Assembly: GCA_000146465.1 (NCBI GenBank)
Contig: CP001952.1
Length of the DNA: 64,000 nucleotides
Strand: one strand, 5' to 3'
Shown: in pieces, positions 9,234 to 19,075 of the stretch
How positions within the stretch are numbered: the first letter of the stretch is position 1
Layout: each line of letters begins with the position of its first letter
Notes under the pieces: model-generated
Seen by the model: the letters and a program-made list of their open reading frames with translations, nothing else
What the model was told of the DNA's origin: nothing
Database searches by the model: none
Translations under genes and position numbers: made by a program

Positions 9234-9767
9234 ATGAGCTTAAGTGTTGTCTCTGTAGATCAGTTTGTAAACTTTGCTCTATCGATAGTGTCAATGAAGA
9301 TCTCTGGAAAACCAATGTTCCAGACACCAAAGGCAATATGGATACTAAGGGTGACTTATCTATGTTCCAATCTCATCCAGCTTATGTTCTCACTTTACAT
9401 AATGCAGAGAATCAAGAAGACAAATGATACTCGCAAGGTCAAAATCAAAAGAGAAGCCTCTCTGTTCCGAGACAACAATGAAGAGGAGGAGGAGGAAATG
9501 ACTTATGCTAGTTACGATGAATCGGAGCTCACCAAGATCAGTCGGACATCCATAATTCAATTCTTGATCATCACAGTGCTTCATTTGAAGTGGAAGGTAA
9601 TCCAGCCGCTTTTTGTCCAATCGTTCGTGCCGATAAGAAATCTCCTACTCAGCCCTCTCTATGCTGCGTATGTCTGGAACAGACCTGTCCTCCGGCCTTT
9701 TGAATCCAACATGTTGTTCCAGAAGGCCCCCACGCCATCTGAAAAGAAGAGGGTTAAGGAGGACTGA
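9234..9767 (+). CDS. Pho88/Snd3-like ER membrane protein
   Basis: 177 aa. YDESELTKISRTSIIQFLIITVLHLKWKVIQPLFVQSFVPIRNLL...VLRPFESNMLFQ aligns with yeast Pho88 YDLKEIDSAIKSIFTGMAMMGFMHLYLKYTNPLFMQSISPVKSAL...LKRPFKAPSLF. N-terminal TM segments are present. Confidence 0.55.
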   Translation: MSLSVVSVDQFVNFALSIVSMKISGKPMFQTPKAIWILRVTYLCSNLIQLMFSLYIMQRIKKTNDTRKVKIKREASLFRDNNEEEEEEMTYASYDESELTKISRTSIIQFLIITVLHLKWKVIQPLFVQSFVPIRNLLLSPLYAAYVWNRPVLRPFESNMLFQKAPTPSEKKRVKED

Positions 9768-9886
9768 TTAAACAATCCATAAATATCTTGTTCCTTTTGA
9801 GTCTATCTTCCCTCTGGAGAGGCTTGAATCCCAAGCTGTGTGTTCTGAAGAAGAAATAAAAGTTTGGCCTCAGTTTTAATCCCCAT

Positions 9887-10258
9887 ATGGGAAATGATAT
9901 AACCCAAGAAAAGAACGAAGATGCAAATGGAATACAAGAAGAAACAAACACAGTAGAAGGCACGCCAACGAGCCTCTATGGAGAAAGTGACATCATTGAA
10001 GAGGAAAGAAGCATAGTTCGTGTGAAGGTTCAGCAGAAGAAAGGAACAAAGAAGGTAACAATCATTGAAAACATACCAAAAGAGCTTAGGGAAAGTCTTT
10101 TGTCCTCTCTCAAAAAGGAGATGGGTTGTGGAGGAATACTCCTTGACGATAAGTCGTCGATCCAACTCCAGGGAGATAAAACAAATATGGGAATTGCCAC
10201 CTATTTAAAAAGATATATTAAAGGTTGCAAGGTCGAATTGAATGGCCGGATCAGATGA
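9887..10258 (+). CDS. SUI1: Translation initiation factor eIF1 (SUI1 domain)
   Basis: VTIIENIPKELRESLLSSLKKEMGCGGILLDDKSSIQLQGDKTNMGIATYL matches the SUI1 fold core (..TxVxGI...xxKKLxKxFKKxFACNGTV......IQLQGDQR). Confidence 0.75.
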   Translation: MGNDITQEKNEDANGIQEETNTVEGTPTSLYGESDIIEEERSIVRVKVQQKKGTKKVTIIENIPKELRESLLSSLKKEMGCGGILLDDKSSIQLQGDKTNMGIATYLKRYIKGCKVELNGRIR

Positions 10259-10334
10259 TGCAAGAGGAATTCAACTTCCTCCAGAGAAAAGGAGACGATC
10301 GAATTAAACGGAAAAATATTATTCTTTTAATGGG

Positions 10335-10931
10335 TTAGTTTGTGAAGTCTAAGGGTTCAAAAAGAATCCTATCTGGGGCTCGGAAAACTCGAGATGTTTT
10401 GTGCTTGAAAAGCTCGTTGAGAACATCAAAGTCATACCTTTTCCCTATCCTCTTCTTATTTTTGTTTTTAACTTCAAAGTCGTGTAGCTTGTGTTTTGAA
10501 TTGCACATTTCGTCCTTTGTTAGAATGTCTTTCTGCGACCTGTGCTCATGCAAGTACATGCAATCGCTGTTTTGGCACAATGCATTTCTCAGATAGAATG
10601 TACAATACTTTGTCGTTCCATAGGTACATTTTAGAACCTTCCCATCCAAAAGGCTTTCATCAACCTCCTGTATGCAGATCTTTGCCTCTTCGTCCGTGCT
10701 GTATGTAATATAAGCACTTGCTGTCGACTCCAGAGATGATGTTCTTTTATTGACTACTATCTTCCTTATCGCCCCAAATTGCCCAAAAAACTCGTGCCTA
10801 CTCAGTACACCTTCGTCAGCATACTTCTGCGGTATACATATTATGTAAACAAGATTCTTCTGCACCACTCTTACATTCGAGAAGTTTCCCCCCGGCTGCC
10901 CAGAGGCTATCAACATCGGTTCTTTAGGCAT
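10335..10931 (-). CDS. CCR4-NOT subunit NOT4/Mot2-like: RRM plus C3H zinc finger, lacking the N-terminal RING
   Basis: LVYIICIPQKYADEGVLSRHEFFGQFGAIRKIVVNKRTS...ASAYITYSTDEEAKICIQEVDESLLDGKVLKCTYGTTKYCTFYLRNALCQNSDCMYLHE aligns closely with the NOT4 RRM and C3H block (LVYVVGLSPRLADEEVLKRPEYFGKFGKI......GTTKYCSYFLKNMQCPKPDCMYLHE). The ORF begins just upstream of the RRM, and the 243-bp region upstream holds no RING-coding sequence. Confidence 0.6.
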   Translation of the reverse strand: MPKEPMLIASGQPGGNFSNVRVVQKNLVYIICIPQKYADEGVLSRHEFFGQFGAIRKIVVNKRTSSLESTASAYITYSTDEEAKICIQEVDESLLDGKVLKCTYGTTKYCTFYLRNALCQNSDCMYLHEHRSQKDILTKDEMCNSKHKLHDFEVKNKNKKRIGKRYDFDVLNELFKHKTSRVFRAPDRILFEPLDFTN

Positions 10932-11174
10932 CTTTGGGGATTGTCTGCAAAATTTAATATTTATTCGCGGTCTTAATAGACCTAAAGAAACCTATTAGAA
11001 GCCGAGTTTTCCTCCAACCTTCGGGCTTCTAGTTTACTCTAATAATTGCAAAAAAAGATCCTAAGGGTGTACCAATAATCAGCAGTCCCGTCTAATTCCC
11101 AAACACAGAACGGTGTTTTAAACAAGGCAACCTTTTCTAAAATTAAACACAGACCAAAAATTTGTCATATTGCT

Positions 11175-11867
11175 TTAATTCAAAAACATTCCCGCATCCA
11201 TGTTGTATACAACCTTTCCTGCCTCGAGAATCCATATCTCAACGTTCTCTTTGGTCAAAGCATCGTCTTCCGGGTGTGCATTCTTCAGAGCCATAATCCC
11301 AACCCTTACGAGTTCCTCAACATTCATCTTCTCGTACTCCGAGCAGTAGGCCTCCAATACAGTCCTGGACGATTGTGCTCTGCTACCTATGCTCATTCCA
11401 GAAACCTCCTTGGCATACCCCTTTGGGTTGAATTCAACGAGCCTTATTCCTTCATATTCCGCCATGTAAAGCCCCGAGACCCCATAAAGCCTTCTCCCAT
11501 CAACTATCGTTCTTTCAAAAGTATCTCTTAGCAGATCCTCAAAAACATCTAAAAAATGAATAGGTCTCCCTTTGATGACCTCTTCTTGGACGCTTTTGTC
11601 AATCAAGTAATCCACAATCTGTTGCCCATCATTGGTAATGCCAGAAAACGTAAACAGAGACCTTCGGTCAATTGGAAACACCTTTTTCTGGGTATCTGCA
11701 AGCTTCGATCTCTTTTCGTTGTGGGCAATCAATACCCCGGCTCCCTTGTTCCGAAGCCCAACAACTGTGTTTCCAAGCTCTGTTGTCTGTTGGATGAAGT
11801 CAAGCTGCTTCACATATCCCTCAGGATTGAATATCTTGAACATGTTATATCTTGCCTGAGATCCCAT
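11175..11867 (-). CDS. 20S proteasome alpha-type subunit (divergent)
   Basis: 230 aa. The N-terminal [21 protein letters not shown] is a degenerate YDxxxxxFSPEGRLxQVEYA proteasome alpha signature. Length and the G-rich loop GxxGxGVLIA fit. The C-rich motif ACCCCAGTTGAG lies just 5' of the ATG. Confidence 0.6.
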   Translation of the reverse strand: MGSQARYNMFKIFNPEGYVKQLDFIQQTTELGNTVVGLRNKGAGVLIAHNEKRSKLADTQKKVFPIDRRSLFTFSGITNDGQQIVDYLIDKSVQEEVIKGRPIHFLDVFEDLLRDTFERTIVDGRRLYGVSGLYMAEYEGIRLVEFNPKGYAKEVSGMSIGSRAQSSRTVLEAYCSEYEKMNVEELVRVGIMALKNAHPEDDALTKENVEIWILEAGKVVYNMDAGMFLN

Positions 11868-11930
11868 CTCAACTGGGGTCAGTCCTTAAAAACATTAAAC
11901 ATCATTGCATTTATTTGGAAATCTTGCTCT

Positions 11931-12389
11931 CTAGGATATGATAAATCTCACATGCTCTTGCAATATGGGGATGTCCATGTCTTCAATAAACTTCCCTAGG
12001 GACTCGGAATATAGTCGAATCACATCATCCATAGGGCTTCTTATGCTTCTTTCCATTGCCGATTCGTTAAGATCCCGGAGTTCCTTGAAGATCCTCTCCA
12101 CAAAATTGAACATTCGGAAGGCCTCGTTGAAGTAGAGGGAATCTGCCGGTGCCGCCTTCAGAATCTCTTGAAAATATCCTTTAATTCTTTCCTCTAGATC
12201 CTCAACAGTCTCCATCCGAGGCGCCTCCTCAAGTCTTTCAAATATCCCATTTCCCGTCCTGCTTGTAAACAGTTTAAATGTGTCCTCCCGGACAATGAGG
12301 TCCATAACCCTATAAAGCATCATTCTAGGGGCTAAAACCAAGCTCAAAATACCAATATACATTACAAGTTTATTTAAAATGACATACAT
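11931..12389 (-). CDS. Hypothetical small acidic protein. The true start is probably an internal Met, because the ORF-track start overlaps the neighbouring Myb gene by 16 nt.
   Basis: ORF only. No motifs recognised. Confidence 0.3.
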   Translation of the reverse strand: MYVILNKLVMYIGILSLVLAPRMMLYRVMDLIVREDTFKLFTSRTGNGIFERLEEAPRMETVEDLEERIKGYFQEILKAAPADSLYFNEAFRMFNFVERIFKELRDLNESAMERSIRSPMDDVIRLYSESLGKFIEDMDIPILQEHVRFIIS

Positions 12390-12988
12390 ATCCGCAGAAG
12401 GGCTTGGCTGGCAATCTCATCCATCTCATCAAAGTCGTCCTCGTCCAAGGACCCTCCATTAGGGACGTATTCCGGAAGATTCTGGACACTGATGCTTCTC
12501 TTGGTTTTCCGGCCCATGTCCCCTTTCTGAAGCCCAAAGCCATACTCACCTTTCTCCTGCGTTATCCCATGAGCCTTCTGAAATTCATCAATCGAACAGA
12601 ACATACTTCTTCTCCTTACCTTCTCGCTTCTCCTTTGTATCGACGAATTCCAATAATTCTTTATTGCATTATCCGTCCTTCCAGGAAGATACTTGGCTAT
12701 CTCCGACCATCTGTTGCCAAATTTCGAATGAAGTTCAATTATCAGTGCCTCCTCCTCTACAGTAAATGGTTTCTTTGTGATTTGTGGGTTAAGATGGTTA
12801 TGCCATCTCTCTCTACATTGCTTTCCAACTCTACTTCCAAGCCTCTTTGCAATAAACGACCAGTTCTTAGGGGAAAACTCCTTTACCAACTTTAATAGCT
12901 TCTCGTCCTCCTCATGCCTCCATGGACCCTTGACTAACTTGATGTTTGCATCCTTCTGATTCTGTGATAACTGATCCAACGAAGCCAT
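12374..12988 (-). CDS. Myb-type (R2R3 SANT/Myb repeats) DNA-binding protein
   Basis: Two Myb repeats with the regularly spaced tryptophans: KGPWRHEEDEKLLKLVKEFSPKNWSFIAKRLGSRVGKQCRERWHNHLNP, then KKPFTVEEEALIIELHSKFGNRWSEIAKYLPGRTDNAIKNYWNS. Confidence 0.8.
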   Translation of the reverse strand: MASLDQLSQNQKDANIKLVKGPWRHEEDEKLLKLVKEFSPKNWSFIAKRLGSRVGKQCRERWHNHLNPQITKKPFTVEEEALIIELHSKFGNRWSEIAKYLPGRTDNAIKNYWNSSIQRRSEKVRRRSMFCSIDEFQKAHGITQEKGEYGFGLQKGDMGRKTKRSISVQNLPEYVPNGGSLDEDDFDEMDEIASQALLRICMSF

Positions 12989-13471
12989 GAAATGGCACAG
13001 GGATTAAGGTTTATATTCTTTTGTTTACAAAATTAAATTTGGTGATATATTTGACACAATTTTGACTCCAAGATTTAATCATTCCCCAAATTACAAATAA
13101 ACTTATATGAGCCTGAACTTTTCAAGGCAGATGGAATAGATTCCACTCCATCCATTTTCTGTTAATCCCTTCAATTCTCCCCAAGGCTTTTCTTCCTATG
13201 TCTGTCTCTTCAATTCCAAAAAGGAACCATGTAATGAATTAGTACCGGGAGATTCTTTAATAAAAATTACTATTACATGGTATATGGGCGCCAAAGCCCA
13301 GTCTTCCTAAGATTCCCACTTTCCCAAACTAGTAAATTTTAATTGTTGCGGGAAAAGCTACAAGCCTGGCACACTGAAGATTGGAAACTGCATTTATTTT
13401 GGATCTTTCTATAATCAGTTTAGAAGGTATCAACCTTCAAGTACTGAAATAAATAGTACAGTCTTCTTACT

Positions 13472-14599
13472 TTAAATTCTATCTCTATAATACTCATATT
13501 CTCCATTTCTAAAGCACTCCACTACATATGAGACAATCCTTTCGACATCCACTTCCTTGGAATCCAAGGCTCCTATAAACTCAATGAGCTGCTCGCCCTG
13601 AAGCTCCAGTATTTTTTTTGCAAAGAACCTGAGGATGGCTGCAGCAAAGAACATAAAAACAGAGAAATCGAAGAACAGGAAAAAATCCCACATTCTTAGA
13701 GCCAACTTGATATCAAACCTTGTAAATAGCGTCAAATACCAGCCCACGGCATAAACCCCGATATCTATGCTCTGATGTAGTAGATGGCCATACACCTCAG
13801 GTATTAAAGCCCGGAAAATCTCATCCTGCACTCTCTGCACCCGAGGAACCTTGCTCAGCTTCTTGTCAAACAAGGCTTCTAGATTGTTGTTCTTGATGAT
13901 GCTGACAAGCATCTCAAAGGCTTCTTCCTCAGGGAAATACATTAAGAGCAATGCTGCAGCACTGGACATTCCTTGGCAGTATCCAACCTCCGGATTGTAA
14001 TTTGAGTATGCTGTAAGGATATTGAACAATTCGCATTGCCCTCTTCCATATTCTCTGCTGAAGAGACAGTGTCTTCGGAAAGTCCTCTGAACATCCACAT
14101 GGATCTGATGCTCATATCCACTCCTTTTTGATATTAGACTTGAGTAACTGAATCCCGAGGCCTTGGGAGTAAACAGTCCCCATAATCTGTACTTCAGGGA
14201 GAGAGGAATTCCTTGGTATATCAATCTTCTCGCAGCCTCGCTTCTTCGCAGCTTTTCTCCATTATTTTTGCATCTTGCTATGAGATCGTACCATTCGTTT
14301 TTGATGGAGACGGGATTGTCTCTGGCCTGGGAGTTGAAGCTATCTACAACGAATCCATACTCGTTTGTGCAAAAAATCTCTTCGGACATACTATTGGCAT
14401 TGTAGAGATCTCTTATGCATCTTTCGTTCTTCATGTTGTTTTCGAGCCGCATTTTTATAAATAGAGGATCTGAAACATCAAGAAAAGGCTGATTGCCCTC
14501 CAGATAGATGTGTTGTAACTCTTTGAAGTCCCTGCCCCGTGACACATGTGTAGAGTCCGGCCTGAAAATCTTGTCTGCTAACGCCTTGGACTGAAACAA
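13472..14599 (-). CDS. TBC-domain Rab GTPase-activating protein
   Basis: 375 aa. Carries the TBC arginine-finger (IHVDVQRTFRRH) and glutamine-finger (YCQGMSSAAALLLMY) motifs. Confidence 0.75.
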   Translation of the reverse strand: MFQSKALADKIFRPDSTHVSRGRDFKELQHIYLEGNQPFLDVSDPLFIKMRLENNMKNERCIRDLYNANSMSEEIFCTNEYGFVVDSFNSQARDNPVSIKNEWYDLIARCKNNGEKLRRSEAARRLIYQGIPLSLKYRLWGLFTPKASGFSYSSLISKRSGYEHQIHVDVQRTFRRHCLFSREYGRGQCELFNILTAYSNYNPEVGYCQGMSSAAALLLMYFPEEEAFEMLVSIIKNNNLEALFDKKLSKVPRVQRVQDEIFRALIPEVYGHLLHQSIDIGVYAVGWYLTLFTRFDIKLALRMWDFFLFFDFSVFMFFAAAILRFFAKKILELQGEQLIEFIGALDSKEVDVERIVSYVVECFRNGEYEYYRDRI

Positions 14600-14641
14600 T
14601 GCAAGAGATCTGTGTAAATTAAGAAAAACTCAATAGAACAT

Positions 14642-15223
14642 ATGCATCATAAGAGCACAGTCAAAAAGACATTCAAAGTCTTGTTTTTCTTTATCCAGGC
14701 ATTAGTGTTTATTTCAGGGGTTGGAGGGTCGATAGTTGGAACAACAGTCTATCTAACTGCACACGAACTCCTTCAGATACCTAAAAAGGCACTTGTGATT
14801 TCGTACACATTGGGAATTCTAGAAGTGACATCGGGGATTCTTGGATACACGGCATTGGTGTCGAGAAGAAAGATTCGAATGCTTGTCTACATCCTAATCA
14901 CACTTATCCTCATGAATGCCCAGGCCATGGCGGTGGTCAAGAACTCAGCTATCTACGAGAAGTCACATTCATGGGCAGATCAAAGATGGAGTTTATTGAG
15001 TGAAGAACAACGAAACTTTATTCAGATGAAGTTTAGATGCTGCGGGTTTTTTAACCCAGCCGACAGAAATGGATCCAGCTGTGGAGGAGAGTATGGATGT
15101 GCAGAAACGATTGATAAGCTTTCCAAGAGTACGGTAAAGCTTCTGCAAAAAATTCTGATGTTTTTGTTCTTCTTGGAGTCGGTTGGAGTTGGAATTTTGA
15201 GTATGCTAAGACTTAGAAAGTGA
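14642..15223 (+). CDS. Tetraspanin-like four-TM protein with a CCG motif
   Basis: 193 aa with four hydrophobic segments. A large loop between TM3 and TM4 contains FRCCGFFNP...SCGGEYGC, which is the tetraspanin CCG signature plus extra cysteines. Confidence 0.5.
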   Translation: MHHKSTVKKTFKVLFFFIQALVFISGVGGSIVGTTVYLTAHELLQIPKKALVISYTLGILEVTSGILGYTALVSRRKIRMLVYILITLILMNAQAMAVVKNSAIYEKSHSWADQRWSLLSEEQRNFIQMKFRCCGFFNPADRNGSSCGGEYGCAETIDKLSKSTVKLLQKILMFLFFLESVGVGILSMLRLRK

Positions 15224-15331
15224 AACTGGGGGAATTCCGAAATAATAAAAGTAGTTAGCTTTTGGTTTGGTCTGGGCTTAGGAGAGTATAACTAGAAGAA
15301 GGATTGAGATGAAAAGGAGTTGTAGTGCTGC

Positions 15332-16537
15332 TTGGAAGGAACTTATAATTTAAAAATTTGCCCCCTTATAATGCACCAGGAAAATAGAAAGAAACGGATT
15401 CCAGGTATTCACTCATACCTAGCAGTTATAGGAGAGCTTCGGCAAGAGCTTGGGAAGGTTAATGAGTCGATAAACGACCTCCGAGATAAGATATCAGCTA
15501 TTTACAAGCAGGAGAGAGAAAACTCCCCAAAGAATAATTTATACAAGAAGCTAGAAGAGCTGGGTAACGAGATAAAGGCATTGAAGGAGGATAGGTCGAA
15601 AGCATTTAACTCTAAAAACGATGTTGTGGGAGTATATGAGAATGTAAAGAGTGAGATCCAGCCGGAAAAGGGAAAGAAAATGATGAGTGCACAGGAAATC
15701 GATGCGCGCATGAAGGAGATAAACCTCAAGCTGATTTCTTCGAAATGTGATTCCAAAACAGAAAAGATATTTGAGATGGAAATGGAAAATCTTAGGAAAC
15801 AGAAGAAGAATATCGGGATGATGGAGCAGAAGAGCAAGCTTGCTGTAGATATGAAAGCCAAGCTTGATTCGTTGAATGCAGAGATTAAGGATCTGAGCCA
15901 GAAGATAGCAGAGAGGCAGTCTGTTGTAGATGGAATAAAGGCTGAGCTTAAAGAGATAAGCGACCAAGGAAAGCCTAAGAATCCGGCTGTTGAGGGGTAT
16001 GAGAAGAACATTCAGATACTCAAAGCCAAGAGAAGCGATCTTTCGGAGAAGATAAAGGCACAACAGGAGAAGATAAGAGAGAAGGAGGTTGAGTACGATA
16101 AATTCCTTGAAGAGATGGCTATTGCACAGGCACTTGAGAAGCAAAAGGAGGAGATTAAACAGAGAATAAATGCTCTTGAGGAGCAAAAGAACATTCTCTC
16201 TAAAGAGGAGTCGAAGCTTAATCCTTCGAAGTTTGATTCTATAATATTTAGAATGGGGTCTCTTAACCTGTCTGGAGAGAAGATCAGCCTTCCTGTCGAT
16301 CTAGCTCTCTATCTAAGTCAGCATAAGATTCCAATTCCAACATCCCCTAGTCAAGTGGAACCTACTATTGAGACACTTAAGTCTCAGAAGGAAAACTTTG
16401 CAAACCAAGTAGTTGAAAAGAGGAAGGAATTTGAAAGCAAGATCTCTGACCTGGAAAGAAAGATATCCGAAGAGAAGAAAACTTTAATGGAGATGCCTCC
16501 TACTGATATAAAGGTGTTGAAGTTCAAGCGGGATTAA
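15332..16537 (+). CDS. K/E-rich coiled-coil protein of unknown function. A likely alternative start lies at 15371.
   Basis: 401 aa of heptad-rich K/E/L sequence. The internal Met at 15371 is preceded by AAAAATTTGCCCCCTTATA, which combines AAATTT and the CCC motif. The antisense ORFs 15502-16011 and 15551-16186 are low-complexity mirror images. Confidence 0.5.
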   Translation: MEGTYNLKICPLIMHQENRKKRIPGIHSYLAVIGELRQELGKVNESINDLRDKISAIYKQERENSPKNNLYKKLEELGNEIKALKEDRSKAFNSKNDVVGVYENVKSEIQPEKGKKMMSAQEIDARMKEINLKLISSKCDSKTEKIFEMEMENLRKQKKNIGMMEQKSKLAVDMKAKLDSLNAEIKDLSQKIAERQSVVDGIKAELKEISDQGKPKNPAVEGYEKNIQILKAKRSDLSEKIKAQQEKIREKEVEYDKFLEEMAIAQALEKQKEEIKQRINALEEQKNILSKEESKLNPSKFDSIIFRMGSLNLSGEKISLPVDLALYLSQHKIPIPTSPSQVEPTIETLKSQKENFANQVVEKRKEFESKISDLERKISEEKKTLMEMPPTDIKVLKFKRD

Positions 16538-17395
16538 ACTTTGGTTGCATTTTGCGGTTTGATTTATTATATTTAGAAGAAACAGAACTTTCTTGGACAC
16601 TTCCAAGTAATCCCTTCTTTCAGGAGATGTTTGCTGGATGTTAATTATCTTTTCCGGAAGGACTTGGCAGTGCACAGCCAATAATCGTCGATTTCATGGC
16701 GGGTGCTGTGAGTATTTTCTTTTTTTGCTTATGTGATAGCCGAACGATGCGGACTGTTTCTAGGGAGGGGAGTTCTGATGGCCTTGGCGAATAGTAAACC
16801 CCTGCATATCTCTCGTTCATCTTATCGAGTGTTATTCTTGTTAACATTTTCTCTTCTTTGTTTTTACTCCCCTTGGGCTTATTTTGTTTTATATAGACAT
16901 ATGCTTCTGGAAAGTTCTATTGGTACAAACTATCTACTAAGGGTTTCATTGGTTAAAAAGAGGGCAGTGAATCTAAAAAAATCATAGGGCTAGGAGTTTT
17001 ACAACCGGTATAAAAAAGTAAAAAAAAGGCACCCCACTTACCACGTGGAGATGAAACAGCCTTCATGCGGTTTTCATCGTGAATGTCCAATTCTCACTAC
17101 ACAAAATGGAGCAATGGGCATTCATCTGGGCAACACCCTCCACACAATTTCTTTCCTGGGAGATTAAGCAAGATCTGCTTTCTCCTTATTATCTAAGGTT
17201 TGTATCTTTTCCAAGGCTGAGCAACTCTGGAATGGAGAGACATCTATAAGAGGCCAGGCCTGTCTTTCAGTTAACCTCCGTCTTTTAGGAGATAAGACAC
17301 AAATAAATATGTCTGATGATCCTTTACAAAAAGGAGATGCCCTTTTCAAACATTTATGAAAACACCCTTCAAATTCACCGGAATAGAAATTAGAA

Positions 17396-18982
17396 ATGAA
17401 GAGAGAAGAAATAGATGATAGTAACGATTGCCGCATCTACCACGATGACTTCCGCGGCGGCAGACATAGGCCCATATCTGCACCGCCAGTGGATAAGTTC
17501 TTCATTGAGGATGAAGTGGAGCTTGGGGATATACAAACAGATTTGAACTACTCTATTTTTTACAGAAGAAATTGTAAGAACGAGCCTCGACTGCAACCAC
17601 CGAGCTTTTTTATAAGGGGGCAAAGCGGATATTGGGCTAGCCAATATGATGACTTGATAACCAAGGCGTTCTCAAACACCGGGTTTTTTGACATAAAGGT
17701 TACTGGAGAGTCCTCTGCGGAGCTGGAAAATAACAGGTCTCTTGCAGAAAGAATTGACGAGGATTACCCGGAATCTGAGAAGAGTAGTGAGTATAAGGGC
17801 ACATCAAGAGCAACAACACCCATAGGGAATATGAATGTATTAGATACCGAGGCATTTAGTGCGATGCTAAATCTCAAGGGGGGAAAAGGAACAGAAACCA
17901 CTTCCCAAGGAAGCCGTCCCTCTCCTCCCGATGGGGGTATTGAAGGAATTCCTATGGACAGCAAGTTTCTGAGAGAGCTCCTAGAAGTATACGAGGAGCA
18001 AAGTGGAAGAGGAAGTAAAAACATATTTGGAGGTAATACCATGAAAGAGATATGTATCAATGTAAGCAAAGACCAGGAGGGAAGCAGATGCATCCAAAGA
18101 AAAATGGACAGCATTTCTAGGGAGGAGATTTCATGGTTCTTCAATAATATTGTAGAAGCGGCATCGGAATTATCTGCTAATCTGTTTGGAAACTACGTCG
18201 TTCAAAAGATTATACCTCTTTTAACCGAAGGAGAGAGAACAATATTAATAACAAAGCTGGTTGGGCAAATTCATCTTCTTTCTGTTCATCCTTATGGATG
18301 CAGAGTGGTACAAAAGCTGGTGGATGTTTCTTCGGATGTTGATTTTATCCTAGAGGAGGTAAAGGGCAACTTACTAGAACTAATAGAGGATCAAAATGGA
18401 AACCATGTTATTCAGAAATGCATAGAGAAGTGTAAAGACAGGAAAATTATCCTACAACAATTTTCCGAGAACTCTCTGTTTCTGGCCACTCACAAGTACG
18501 GGTGTAGAGTCATTCAGAGAATGCTCGAGTTCTGCAAGAAGGACGAAATCAAAGGTATTGTGGAAGTCCTCATAGGAAACATAAAGACACTTGTTGATGA
18601 CCAGTACGGGAATTATGTTATACAACATATTCTGGCAGTTGGAAAAGAAGAAGAAAGGAACCTTGTCATCGAAAGAATAATTGAAAAGAGCTATGAGCTA
18701 AGTAAATGCAAGTTCTCAAGTAACGTTGTTGAGCAATGTGTTAAGCTTTCAAACAATGGCCAAAGAGAGCAGTTTCTGGAGAAATTCTTGGAGCCTGTAG
18801 GTGGTAAGCCTGGGATGTATTCTATGTGCACCGACATGTACGGGAACTATGTTGTGCAGCGTCTGTACGATTCCTCTGGAGAAGGAGTACGGAAAGAGAT
18901 TAAGAACACACTAAGGCCTTTTGTCAAGGACCTCAAAAAATCTCCGTTTGCAAGACATATCCTCTTCAAAATCAACACATGA
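17396..18982 (+). CDS. Pumilio-family (PUF repeat) RNA-binding protein
   Basis: The C-terminal half carries about 8 PUF repeats with the characteristic spacing: FGNYVVQKII...HPYGCRVVQKLV...QNGNHVIQKCIE...HKYGCRVIQRML...QYGNYVIQHIL...KFSSNVVEQCV...MYGNYVVQRLY. Confidence 0.9.
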   Translation: MKREEIDDSNDCRIYHDDFRGGRHRPISAPPVDKFFIEDEVELGDIQTDLNYSIFYRRNCKNEPRLQPPSFFIRGQSGYWASQYDDLITKAFSNTGFFDIKVTGESSAELENNRSLAERIDEDYPESEKSSEYKGTSRATTPIGNMNVLDTEAFSAMLNLKGGKGTETTSQGSRPSPPDGGIEGIPMDSKFLRELLEVYEEQSGRGSKNIFGGNTMKEICINVSKDQEGSRCIQRKMDSISREEISWFFNNIVEAASELSANLFGNYVVQKIIPLLTEGERTILITKLVGQIHLLSVHPYGCRVVQKLVDVSSDVDFILEEVKGNLLELIEDQNGNHVIQKCIEKCKDRKIILQQFSENSLFLATHKYGCRVIQRMLEFCKKDEIKGIVEVLIGNIKTLVDDQYGNYVIQHILAVGKEEERNLVIERIIEKSYELSKCKFSSNVVEQCVKLSNNGQREQFLEKFLEPVGGKPGMYSMCTDMYGNYVVQRLYDSSGEGVRKEIKNTLRPFVKDLKKSPFARHILFKINT

Positions 18983-19075
18983 TCGGCTTCCATGTAAAAT
19001 TTTGAGAATAAAGGTAAAGGTTTAATCGGACTCTTTTTTTACCAATTCCCCTGGGATTCAACCAAGAAAGTAAAG

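Noticed and set aside
15502-16194. Long antisense ORFs of 169, 211 and 60 aa opposite the K/E-rich coiled-coil gene.
   Set aside because: The reverse complement of a GAA/AAG-rich coding sequence yields F/L/S-rich open frames by composition alone. There are no TM or domain features.
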